A stretch of DNA of 64,000 nucleotides, counting the filler, from Licmophora abbreviata (taxonomy: Eukaryota): NCBI GenBank assembly GCA_900291995.1. It is 17 parts of 17 records of this genome, joined end to end, with 100 filler letters (N's around TTAATTAATTAA, not from the genome) between each part and the next. Parts side by side here need not be neighbours in the genome. Positions count along the whole stretch, not along the records: positions 1 to 3,601 come from OLMU01005214.1; positions 3,702 to 5,749 come from OLMU01005215.1; positions 5,850 to 7,777 come from OLMU01005216.1; positions 7,878 to 11,366 come from OLMU01005218.1; 13 more parts are not named here. One strand, written 5' to 3'. This document shows, one piece after another, positions 1 through 9,693 of this stretch. Each line of letters starts with the position of its first letter. Within the stretch, counting starts at the first letter, position 1. Under the pieces are notes generated by a model that searched no databases, was not told the DNA's origin, and saw nothing but the letters and a program-made list of their open reading frames with translations. The position numbers and the translations under genes were made by a program.

Positions 1-1254
1 AAGAACCTCTAACGCCCAGAGGCCCGAAACCCTGTCCACCGGTGTCGTAGGCGGACCCAAAGCTCTGTCGTCCCAAAGAAAAGTGGGCACAGACGCCGAG
101 TCCGCTTTTGATGACTTGGCCGTGTTGGTGCTCCACCGAGACGCAATCCTTTCCAATGCCCGTGAATCGGGGGCAACGGAAGAAACTCTGTCCTGAGCCT
201 TCGTCCTCATCTCTCCACAGGGGCGAGCCCCCCCTGAGACCGTGAGGTCTTCGTCAGTTTCCTCTGCCTCGGGAAGCAGCCGCCTCCGCTTCCTCTCGTC
301 CTCACAGCCTGACGCCACACCGCTCGTTGCGGGCACTCCTCGCCTCTTTCGAATGCTCTGGACGCGGGTCCGGATTAAATCAACCACCTCCTCTAGGACT
401 CGGGCGTACACCTTCCCGGGCGCCTTCATCGCTTCCAGCACCGGGGCGAGAGAGAGACCCTGAGTGTTCCCGTCCGGGATGTCCCACACCGCCCCTTTCT
501 CCCGGTCGGTGAGACGCCTCCGCACCCAATGAGACCGCGAAAAAACCGTGGGCGCGTCTATCCTCCCATTCCGGTTATTCCAACGAAGTAGCGACTCCGA
601 AGCCCAACCCCCCGGTGTGCCAAGCGGGACCGGTATTTTGTAGCCTGATACAGTACCCTTGAGTGCTTCCCGAAATCCAGCCGGGGCGTAAGGCCGAGCC
701 GCGAGTTCCTGAGGCAAGGAGACCTGCCTCCGCGCTCTAACAAAAACCCGGAACTCCCCGTTCGATACGCCTCCGAGGCGGTCGTGCCGCAACCAGTATG
801 AGTTCCCGTGCCATTCCGCTGGATTCAGGAGTCCTCTCCATCCGTCAAACGAAATCACGGCTTGTAACAAAGGGGCCTTCCACAATCGAGATTTCTGATT
901 GATCCTTGTTCCCTCGACCAGTACGAGGTCGACAGGATTGTTTCTCAATAACTCGTCCAGATTTGTTTCGGGCTTTGGATCCTTTGTTTCGTGCTTCGGA
1001 TCCTCCGGACCCGCCTGTGTGTGCAACCACTTCACCACACCATGCCTTCCAACGAACAAGGGCCAAACAGGGACGGACGGACTGGGTCGAGCAATAACTC
1101 CAACATCTACTTTAACCGTGGAGGGTTCGATCGAGATTCGTACATCCGCCGATGCGTAACCAGAGAGTTCGCTTCCGCCTGCCTCCGAGTCACTCCAACG
1201 CCGCTGCCTCTTCCGATCTTCCCGATCCTCTCCGATGACGATCGGGCATGACCG
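1..1254 (-). CDS. Pol-like ORF2, in frame with ORF1 behind a single TGA; 3' end runs off the window (missing from the ORF track)
   Basis: Manual translation gives 418 stop-free codons (RSCPIVIGEDRE...LLRNNPVDLVLVEG...WLRHDRLGGVSNGEFRVFV...APTVFSRSHWVRRRLTDREKGAVWDIP...KSSKADSASVPTFLWDDRA...LWALEVL). The first in-frame ATG is only at 429-427. Confidence 0.8.
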
Positions 1255-1257
1255 TCA
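1221..1257 (-). promoter_or_regulatory. Candidate stop-codon readthrough signal (UGA-CGG, 8-nt spacer, stem-loop)
   Basis: The minus strand reads TGA CGGTCATG CCCGATC GTCATCGGAGAG GATCGGG: a 7-bp perfect stem (1246-1240 with 1227-1221) around a 12-nt loop. Confidence 0.6.
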
Positions 1258-3510
1258 GGACGCCTTCTTGGCAGCCTTGACAGAGCTGACAGCCTGTTCA
1301 GCCAACCGAGTTGTCTTCTTCAGATCCGCCTGCATCTGAACAAACTCCTCCCTCCACTTGTTGAAGTCTGCCTTCATGACTGAGTTGTCTCGCAAATGAA
1401 GGTTGAGAATGTGGCTCATAGTGGGGTGTCCTAGGATGTTCGCTTCCGAGATCTCCTTCAACACCTGGAAGGCCTGCAAGGAGCCCCAAACCGTCCCGGT
1501 TGCCCGCTGAGTGGCCGAGGAGAAAGGTCCTCGTCCAACTGAACGGGCCTCGTGGCCGATCCGGAAAATTTCTCGAGTGGTGTGTGAGATATGATCCAGC
1601 GTCTCACTGGGGTCGCCTCCCTTGCCGATCTGATCGAGGTAGAACTGCGTAAACCACGTGGTGATGGTGGAGACTATCTCCGCCACTGACGTGAGCATGT
1701 CCTGTGCCACCGCCTTGGCTTCACCCGTCAGCTCCAGGTTGATCGACTTGGTGAGAGAGGTCTTGGCATCTTGCACCTTGCGGCGCATGTCGTGGCGCAA
1801 ACCGCGATCGCCGTCCCTCCTGTCCCAATCCTCATAGGTGGAGATGGCTGGTAGTTTCTTGGCGGACGTGTCCGACGAGCCCACTTTCCCAAAAAAGGCC
1901 GGTAGGCCGATATTGAAACTGGCCGTGATGATCGCCTCTTCGGTCGAAGCATAAGAGAGCTTTTGTTTCGATTCCTCCAACTTCAAAATTTCGGCCGTGG
2001 TGTGTCCCTTTCCGTACGCCAAGGCGAGAAAGCTGTGCACGTCCATGAGGTAAATGTGCGTGCCGGCACGGGGACAATGCCTCTTGAGCCAACCCTCCAG
2101 CATCGACATTGACTTGAATTCGATACCCGCCACCTGAACCGCCTGGGACTGCAGCTGATCCTCCATCGCTTGCATACGTCGAGCAAGATCCACCAGGTTG
2201 ACTCCGGTGGTTCCTCCCGCCGGGCCTGCTACCGATGCAGCGGCTGCTGCGGATGCGGGGCGTTCTCCTCCGATCCTATCTTCCCCTCCTACGGTCCATG
2301 ACAGCCCACCGTCGTCCAATCGACTTCCCATCCTGAATGGACTCGAAGCGGTGGGTAGGTTGCGCACCTCAGCCCTCAACTGCGCGATCTCGTTGAGCAC
2401 CTTGTCGCCCGGTGAACTCATGGAGCTAGATAAAGCACCAAAAAGCTCCTTTAACGGTCCCAAAGCATGTCCCACATCTTGGTAAATCTTCGCTTGCACG
2501 CCCGACACCAATTTCTGGGCATGGTCCTTGATCTCCCGTTCCTTTGCCGCCGTAGCCGGGGTCTCCCCCGCGATCCGGTCCACGTTGTACTTCACCCTTG
2601 CCAGACCGTCGGACAAACCCTTCAGCAAACCGAAAGCCGACGAGGTGCCCATTTCTGCGTCCCGCTCTCCCAACTGCACCGTGATGGAAAGGATCGTTGC
2701 ATGAAGTTCCTCCAGGATTTGATGGTAGGTCTTGTCCAATTCGAAATTGGCCTTTCGAGCCGTGGACACTTCCTTGTGTAGTATCGACATGTTTCCGCAC
2801 AGTGTAGGCCATTCACGTAGGACCACCGCCGTGGCCACATCCTTGTCGTCATCTAGGTCAGCCTCCAGAGGAATAATCATCAGCTCTTCGAAACTCAGCT
2901 CCGACTGCGTGGGGGATGGGGCCAAAAGGTCGATGGCCACCCTACGTTTCTTCCACGGGGTAAAGGGCGCATCTAGGATGGAGTCCCGTGTGGCTTCCGC
3001 CGTGGCGGCAATCTCCGTCTCGTTCGCGGAAGCGGAGGCGCCGGCTTGCGCCGACACAAAGAAAGTCTGCCAAGATTTGATAGAACGTGATTCCTTCAAG
3101 TAGCGTTGCAAACCAGTGCCGAAGGTGATGGGAGCTACGGCAGGACTCGTGAACGCTTGCGCCGCAGGAGAGGCCATCGCTTCGATGACAACCAATGAAG
3201 TGACCCCTTCAGGAAATTCCAGCTTCATGGTGGCATGAGACCTGGTGGAACAGTTTTCATTCAGGCAGAACTTCTGACCGTTCCGACCACCAATCAATCC
3301 CCCGCAAATCTGCTGACCAATGTCTGCCAGATTGATAACACGAATCCCCACACTGCTTTTGTTCGGGCCCCCAATCCCCCCCACGGCTCCTAGACTACCA
3401 ATCGCGGACGCAGAGGACTTACCGGAGGACAGCAAAGCAGCGACCGCAGACGACGATGGCGACGTCGGCGACGGCAGAGTCCAATCCAACGAAGGCGGAG
3501 GAGAAGACAT
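1255..3510 (-). CDS. Gag-like ORF1 of the putative retroelement (751 aa from the first ATG)
   Basis: Intronless ORF from ATG at 3510 (MSSPPPS) to TGA at 1257-1255. CCCH-type motif CGGLIGGRNGQKFCLNENCSTRSH; predicted coiled coils; helical C-terminal domain. Confidence 0.75.
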   Translation of the reverse strand: MSSPPPSLDWTLPSPTSPSSSAVAALLSSGKSSASAIGSLGAVGGIGGPNKSSVGIRVINLADIGQQICGGLIGGRNGQKFCLNENCSTRSHATMKLEFPEGVTSLVVIEAMASPAAQAFTSPAVAPITFGTGLQRYLKESRSIKSWQTFFVSAQAGASASANETEIAATAEATRDSILDAPFTPWKKRRVAIDLLAPSPTQSELSFEELMIIPLEADLDDDKDVATAVVLREWPTLCGNMSILHKEVSTARKANFELDKTYHQILEELHATILSITVQLGERDAEMGTSSAFGLLKGLSDGLARVKYNVDRIAGETPATAAKEREIKDHAQKLVSGVQAKIYQDVGHALGPLKELFGALSSSMSSPGDKVLNEIAQLRAEVRNLPTASSPFRMGSRLDDGGLSWTVGGEDRIGGERPASAAAAASVAGPAGGTTGVNLVDLARRMQAMEDQLQSQAVQVAGIEFKSMSMLEGWLKRHCPRAGTHIYLMDVHSFLALAYGKGHTTAEILKLEESKQKLSYASTEEAIITASFNIGLPAFFGKVGSSDTSAKKLPAISTYEDWDRRDGDRGLRHDMRRKVQDAKTSLTKSINLELTGEAKAVAQDMLTSVAEIVSTITTWFTQFYLDQIGKGGDPSETLDHISHTTREIFRIGHEARSVGRGPFSSATQRATGTVWGSLQAFQVLKEISEANILGHPTMSHILNLHLRDNSVMKADFNKWREEFVQMQADLKKTTRLAEQAVSSVKAAKKAS

Positions 3511-3601
3511 GAGAGGATTCAGCAAGAAAAGAAAATCGTGCGAAGCGTAAACGACCCGACTGTTGTGTGATCAGATCCAAAAGCCTGGTCCATTCGCAAC
3601 G

Positions 3602-3701
3602 NNNNNNNNNNNNNNNNNNNNNNNNNNNNNNNNNNNNNNNNNNNNTTAATTAATTAANNNNNNNNNNNNNNNNNNNNNNNNNNNNNNNNNNNNNNNNNNN
3701 N
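3602..3701. other. Artificial assembly spacer N44-TTAATTAATTAA-N44 (first of 16)
   Basis: Identical 100-nt spacers start at 3602, 5750, 7778, 11367, 14618, 28386, 31694, 38231, 42570, 46395, 52288, 53672, 57611, 59997, 61286 and 62834. Confidence 0.98.
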
Positions 3702-3865
3702 GAAATAACCGTCACAACATCTTCAATCTCGTGACAGCAATTTCAATTGCGACCATGAGACGCAGGAAGCTTCCACCAGCATGAGGAGAGCGAGGGGAGC
3801 GACCATCGCCGGTACACGACTCGAGTTCAGTCTGTACTAGTAAACAGAATCAGAAACCTGTGACC

Positions 3866-5749
3866 ATGGGAAACTGTCAGACCGCCACGAGCGCGACTCC
3901 ATCCGCCGTGACGCCGTCCCCCAAGAAATCAAATACACAAACAGCATCGAGTCCCTCTGCAAACAGCAACTTTGTGTATCGAACAAACACGTGTGCACTC
4001 GAGTACTGGGAACCAGTAAAATTGATCGGAGAAGGCAGTATCAGTAGCATCCACTTGGTACAACGACGCGACCACCGCGTGGATGTGCCCTACACGGAAC
4101 GAGCCGATGTCATGCGTGTTGCGAATCGAAGCAGTAACAGTACTACTAGGATGGATCCAAACAAGCCTATTTATGCACTCAAGAGCATCATGAAGGATCA
4201 CGTGGAAAATGATCGATTTCTTCAAGAAATGCGAAACGAGATTTATACCATGTCGCGACTCTCTCATCCCAATGTGATTCAAGTCTATGAAGCCTATGAA
4301 CGAAAGAGACACATATACTTGATCATGGAGTACTGCCGTGGAGGAGATCTGTTGGATGTAAGGTTGACAGAGAAGAGAGCACAGGAGATTGTTAGAAAGC
4401 TTCTTCAGGCTGTGGCATACTTGCACAAGCACAAGGTAGGTAGACCTGGTACTCTGGATACATGGTGCACTGACGGAAGAGTGACATGGACAACAGCTTC
4501 CTGATGATATTCACCCTTTTCCCTCTGCTCCTTCTCCAGGTCGTTCACAGAGACTGTACGTTTTCAATGCAGCTGCACGAGCAATCCAACTACCAGACGA
4601 GGACGACCTGTAGTGTCAATGTTACTATCTCAACAGACTTGTCCTCACTCCCTTTTTCCACTTTTTCTCAAAACCACAGTAAAACTCGAAAACATCATGT
4701 TTGCGAACAATGATCCTGATGCCGAGGTGAAGATCATTGACTTTGGCTTATCGACTCGCTACCTATCAGACGAATATCGCAACATGACGGATCGTGTTGG
4801 CACGATTTACACCATGGCGCCGCAAGTGCTGCAGGGAGTCTATGATAGCAAGTGTGACTTGTGGAGCGTCGGAGTGATTGCCTACATACTGCTTTGTGGC
4901 GAACAACCCTTTTGGGGACCGCGACGAGACATGCCGTGGAATGAACGACGAAAGATCATGGTGGATCGCATCATGAGATGTCAGTATATGCGCATGAAGG
5001 GGGGTGCGTGGGATGAAGTGAGCGGCGAGGCCAAGGTCTTTGTCAAGTCGCTGCTACAGATTGATCCTCAAACGAGACCGTCGGCGAATCGCGCATTGAA
5101 ATCAGCGTGGATGCAGAAAGAGTATCCTGGTGCTTGTGGGAGCAGAAACGAACAACAATTATTGTTGGCCGACCAAGTAAGTCGATACAGCAAGGAGGCA
5201 AAGTTAAAACGACTCGCGCTTACGACGATTGCATACAAGTCTACGGCGGATGATATTGAACAACTCCGAGAGGTCTTTGCCGAATTCGACAAGCAGAATC
5301 ATGATCACATCAGTTATGAGGACTTTCGCAACGCACTTTCGACCAGCAAACTGTCCGAAGACGACGTGGCTAGTATTTTTTCTGAAATGGTGAGTGAGAT
5401 CGGTTTTCCGTTGATGATGCTTGCTTGCTTGAGCGTTCTATATTGATGGCTGACCATGCTTTTGTTTGTTTGTTTGGTCAGGATATGGACTCAACCGGGT
5501 ATCTTGAGTACAATGACTTTGTAGCAGCGACACTGGAGACACGGGGACGAGTCGAGACGGAACGCATTGCGGAAGCGTTTGACCGGCTTGACGTGGACAA
5601 GAAAGGTACCATTTCCAAACAGGTAAGCTGCCAATATTGATTCAAGAAATTTCCCACTCAACACAGACAATATGCTCAATCACACACTCCGCTCTCACAT
5701 GTTCCATCTCAGGACCTTCGCGATGCACTTGGACAGAACTTGTCAGATC
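3866..5749 (+). CDS. Calcium-dependent protein kinase (kinase + EF-hands), 3'-truncated by a gap
   Basis: Exons 3866-4435, 4540-4555, 4680-5389, 5482-5622, 5713-5749+, all with GT-AG introns. Motifs IGEGSIS, ALK, spliced HRDLKLEN, DFG, MAPQ, DLWSVG. EF-hands DKQNHDHISYED, DMDSTGYLEYND, DVDKKGTISKQD. N-terminus MGNC suggests acylation. Confidence 0.92.
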
Positions 5750-6025
5750 NNNNNNNNNNNNNNNNNNNNNNNNNNNNNNNNNNNNNNNNNNNNTTAATTA
5801 ATTAANNNNNNNNNNNNNNNNNNNNNNNNNNNNNNNNNNNNNNNNNNNNGCTTTAGTACCAGGTAGAGGGCGGCATTCCCTTATCGTGGAAGCAAACTAC
5901 AAGTACGAGTACGAGTGTTCCTGCTTTGGAAACTTCCACCTCATCCCAAGTTTCCAACTTCCATAGCACCACCACCAATTTTACCCCGCTCCTCCATACC
6001 GCTCTCTTAAACAAACATAAATACC

Positions 6026-7493
6026 TTAAATGTTCTCTCGCAAGACCTGCACAACACTCTTGAAGGCAAACCATTCGGGAATGTCATCACCGGCTCGCAA
6101 CATTTGACGGAACTTGGTTCCACTAAGCTTCTTCTCATTCAAGTCCTTGTCCTTGGCATAATCAGCCGTCACATATCCTTCTTCTTCCGTGTAGACCAAG
6201 TTCAAGGACGGCACGGGAGTCACTCCAATCTTCTCCGCAAGTTCCTTGGCCGTATCCTGCGCTTCGTAGGGTCCATAGAAGTCGTCTCCCGTCACACTGC
6301 TCTTGGATCCCGCCATGTCCCTTCCAATAATGAAATGAGTACATCCAAAGTTCTTACGGATAATCATATGCTGAATTGCCTCTCTGGGTCCCGCCATGTG
6401 CATACTGTAGGGCAAATACTCCCACCTCGTACGGGGATTGTGAGTTTCCTCCTTGAGCACTTCGTAGGTCTTGTATCGCACATCCCCGGGAATATCATCC
6501 GCCTGCGTGGGTCCACACGTGGGATGGACCAAGACGACTCCGTCCTTGCCGACAAGCGGGTCATCGAGGGCGCGGGTGAAGAGTTCGTAGTGGGCGCGGT
6601 GGACGGGGTTGCGGCACTGAAAGGCCACCACGTCCACGTCGTCGGGGAGCGTCTCGCGGACGCTCTTGGGGGTGTGGCAGACAAAGTCGCGAATGGGGAG
6701 GTTCAGTCCAGTGACCTTGCCGCCCATGTAGTACTTGCCGCGCTCGGTGGCAACCATGAGGGCGCCCGGGTGTTCGATGGAGGCAGTGCCGTAGCACTTG
6801 AGGCACTCGAGGGGTTTGTCGGGGGTGAACTTGTCGGTGAGTTCGACCGTGGCAATGGGGCGGTCTCCGTCCTTGAGGAGAATGGTAGTTCCCGGCTCGA
6901 GGTCTTCATCGTCCGTGTCAAAGACGACGGGAAGTCCAAAGACAGTGCCGTCGGGAAGAGCCATGTCTTGGACGACGCTGTTGTAGGTGGCCTCGTCCAT
7001 GAATCCAGTGAGGGGGGAGAACCCACCGTTCATGAGGAGTTCGACATCGCACAACTGACGAGGGGTGGCTTGCAGCTCGACCGTGGCCTTGCTGATGGCA
7101 GCCTCCTTGTCTTCGTCGGAAGCGAGCATGAGGTCGACCAGTGTGCCTCCGTGAGGGACCTGCTTGGCGGCGTGCAAGTGGCTGTTGGACAAACCAAAGA
7201 AACGAGCCATGCAGTCCGTGAGTCAGTACGAATGTAGTACTTGTAGTGAATCATTGTTGTTACTGAAGACCAAGAAAGAAAGACAACAAGCTAACAAGCA
7301 AGCAAGAATAGCAAACTTACGTTTCGACACGAGGACCAGCAACGACCGGAGCGGCCGTGTTGGCAATACTAGCACTCGCACTAGCACTGGTACTAGCAGT
7401 ACTCGAACGCACAAAGGCCGGTGCAAAGGCAGTAGTGACGACGACACTCGTCGTTGCCAGACACAAGGAGAGGGCACCCACAGCGAACTTCAT
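6026..7493 (-). CDS. sat: Plastid-targeted ATP sulfurylase (sulfate adenylyltransferase)
   Basis: Exons 7493-7321 and 7181-6026 (intron GTAAGT...CAG), 442 aa. Presequence MKFAVGALSLCLATTSVVVTTA-FAP. Motifs PHGG, GGFSPLTGFM, FQCRNPVHRAH, AGPREA, FIIGRDMAG, LSGTKFR. Confidence 0.96.
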
Positions 7494-7877
7494 GGTCGTT
7501 GTTGATATCTAGGGGAGAAGAAAAGTGAGTGTTTCAAGGAACGAATGCAATGAGATTGCTAGTGTCGCAACAACAAGACCTCTCGCGGTATCGTACTCTT
7601 TCGTCGGCAGGCCCAATGACGTTTGTGACGGGGCGCGTACTACCTAACGTCAATTACACCACTTTCTATTTACTTTAACACTTTGTTGTCTCATACATTG
7701 CGCTAGAATTTTCACGCTGACGTTTTTCACTTTGGCGCCAAAGATCGTGCGGCTCCGGGCAAAGGAATCTGGAAAACNNNNNNNNNNNNNNNNNNNNNNN
7801 NNNNNNNNNNNNNNNNNNNNNTTAATTAATTAANNNNNNNNNNNNNNNNNNNNNNNNNNNNNNNNNNNNNNNNNNNN

Positions 7878-9209
7878 ATTCTTTGCTCGCAATGGTGGAC
7901 CAACAACAACCACCATGTATCATCCCTTTACACGCTCCGATCGACAAGAATATCTCCGATACTACTCTTCGACGACAAGAACAACAGAATGTTCCATCCG
8001 CCTCGTGTTGTCACACTGACAAGCGGTACTACTGGTAGTACTACATCCTCCATATCATCACTACAACAACAACAACCTCGCACCGTCGAACCCATGTCCG
8101 CAGTCAACAAAAACGACGACGACACACTGCCCGACGCCCAGTCGTATCGCTTCGACTTTGAACAGCCCTACTACGAGCAATGTGTCGACATGGAAGACTG
8201 GCAATCCCATCACTACCCCACATGCAATCTCCTGCACGAAATTGACAGTGCTCGAAACGATACACTCCAACTACTCACCACACGAGGCTCCTGGCGTACT
8301 GTATGGACACTATCCGATCCATCAAATTCAACATTTCATCAACACTCCGTCATTGTCAAGTTGCTCCATCTCACTCGCGACTACGACCAAGAGTCCTTTC
8401 ACTATCATATTGTCGACAGTATCAGTATGGAACGACTGACGAGTAGCAACTACGTCATTGACGAGTATGCCTTTTGTGGACAGTCCGTCATTACCCAACA
8501 AGCCTCCATGCCCGCGCGGGATCTTGTCAAACGCAAGGACTTTATTCCCCTGCAACGATTGAAAATGGCACGAGACCTCGCGCGGGGCTTGCACGACATT
8601 CATTCGATCCCTACTAGTATACAACAACAGCATTATGGATCGATGCACCAGCATACGACTGCCACTCTCATACACAATGACATCAACATGGCCAACATGG
8701 TGGTGCACGGTGATGGCAAACACATTTTGTTCAATGATTTCAACATTGCCGTCTTGTTAAAGTGGAATCCAAACTCCAACCAACCCTGCGGCGTGCCGGT
8801 GCGATTCGTCGGTGATCTCTGGCGCTCGCCGGAAGAGTTGCTCAATACGTCGTACGTGACGGAAAAGGCCGATGTCTACTCTTTGGGCAATGTCTTGTTT
8901 CAAGTACTGACCAAGCATCAACCGTGGACGTGGTTGGAACCGAAGGGTAAGATGGAACTGGATCAGGTGGTGCAAGTGAAAAAGAAGGGACAGACTCCGA
9001 CGGTGCCGAGTGAGTATGCAGAGAGTATGGATGTAGCGACGCGGGTACTCTATGAGGGCATGCAGGCGTGCTTTCGATACCTACCATCTCAACGACCGAC
9101 GGCGTACCAACTGTATAAGGGATTCTCGACTGTACTGGAGTGGATTGAAACGAAAAAGAAAATCAAGCGGAATGTGACGATTTTGAAGGATCTCTTTGCA
9201 GTGGAATGA
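7878..9209 (+). CDS. Atypical protein kinase-like protein (possibly a secretory-pathway kinase), 5'-truncated by a gap
   Basis: Frame open from the gap edge. Gly-loop-like RGSWRTVW, VIVK, HNDINMAN (catalytic loop), DFN in place of DFG, WRSPEE, DVYSLG, RPTA. Cys-containing pre-kinase segment CVDMEDWQ...PTCNLLHE. Confidence 0.8.
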   Translation: MLCSQWWTNNNHHVSSLYTLRSTRISPILLFDDKNNRMFHPPRVVTLTSGTTGSTTSSISSLQQQQPRTVEPMSAVNKNDDDTLPDAQSYRFDFEQPYYEQCVDMEDWQSHHYPTCNLLHEIDSARNDTLQLLTTRGSWRTVWTLSDPSNSTFHQHSVIVKLLHLTRDYDQESFHYHIVDSISMERLTSSNYVIDEYAFCGQSVITQQASMPARDLVKRKDFIPLQRLKMARDLARGLHDIHSIPTSIQQQHYGSMHQHTTATLIHNDINMANMVVHGDGKHILFNDFNIAVLLKWNPNSNQPCGVPVRFVGDLWRSPEELLNTSYVTEKADVYSLGNVLFQVLTKHQPWTWLEPKGKMELDQVVQVKKKGQTPTVPSEYAESMDVATRVLYEGMQACFRYLPSQRPTAYQLYKGFSTVLEWIETKKKIKRNVTILKDLFAVE

Positions 9210-9258
9210 TGCTACTCTAGAAAACAGGAGTTCAACAATTTTCGTCTCCATTAGAGTA

Positions 9259-9693
9259 CTACATACAAAAGCTGCCGCCGTCATCCGGATCTCCAATGAT
9301 GTTGGAGCATTGAAGCGACGCGCAACAGTCGCCTAGTTTGCGTGAACAAGCGTCGCCGACACCTAGGCAGGTGTCCGTAGAAGTAGGAGTAGTTGGAGTA
9401 GCAGCGGTGTAAGCGTCACCACTACCACCTCCCGCAGCCATGCGCACCGCCAGGACCGCTATTACTGCGACCAGACAGAGTAGCAGAAGGACGGCAATGA
9501 CATGCTTTCGCTTCTGGTTCCTGGCGACCCCATCAGCAATGCTCCAGTCTTCCTCCGATTCCGTTACATACAGTGCACCATCGTGGGGTGAGGGCATGGA
9601 AACAATTTTCGCATGTACGGGTACAGCTGCTACTGCCTCTGGAGCAATCTGCGCCTCCACGTCTTGCTGACCTTGGTGCGGTTGGTTACTCAT
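9259..9693 (-). CDS. Small type II membrane protein with a C-terminal cystine-knot-like module
   Basis: 144 aa. Basic RNQKRKH, then one hydrophobic helix, a Thr/Pro stalk and C-x6-C-x6-CC-x4-C-x13-C. Confidence 0.75.
   Translation of the reverse strand: MSNQPHQGQQDVEAQIAPEAVAAVPVHAKIVSMPSPHDGALYVTESEEDWSIADGVARNQKRKHVIAVLLLLCLVAVIAVLAVRMAAGGGSGDAYTAATPTTPTSTDTCLGVGDACSRKLGDCCASLQCSNIIGDPDDGGSFCM

Larger units (their letters stand above)
1..3601 (-). mobile_element. Probable tyrosine-recombinase (DIRS/Ngaro-like) retrotransposon, 5' part: gag-like ORF1 plus the start of a pol-like ORF2; truncated by the window edge and a gap
   Basis: Two long intronless frames in tandem. ORF1 has an N-terminal C-x12-C-x4-C-x4-H motif and coiled coils. 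ORF2 has motifs (HxxLGGVS, PTVFxxxxWVRRxLTxxE...WDIP, KADxAxVPxxLWD) that I recall preceding the RT/RNaseH in diatom YR-retroelement polyproteins. RT, RNaseH, recombinase and terminal repeats are not in the window, so the class is an inference. Confidence 0.65.

Noticed and set aside
1190..1249. ATG just after the ORF1 stop as the start of ORF2
   Set aside because: It is out of frame with the long open frame and ends at TGA after 19 codons.
3646..3657. Recurrent palindrome TTAATTAATTAA (16 copies) as a repeat, CRISPR-like array or recombination site
   Set aside because: Always centred in 44+44 Ns and encodes stops in all six frames: an artificial linker. ORFs ending in X...LIN are artefacts of it.
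6104..7237. 377-aa ORF antisense to ATP sulfurylase
   Set aside because: Mirror of a strongly codon-biased gene; no motifs and a non-ATG start.
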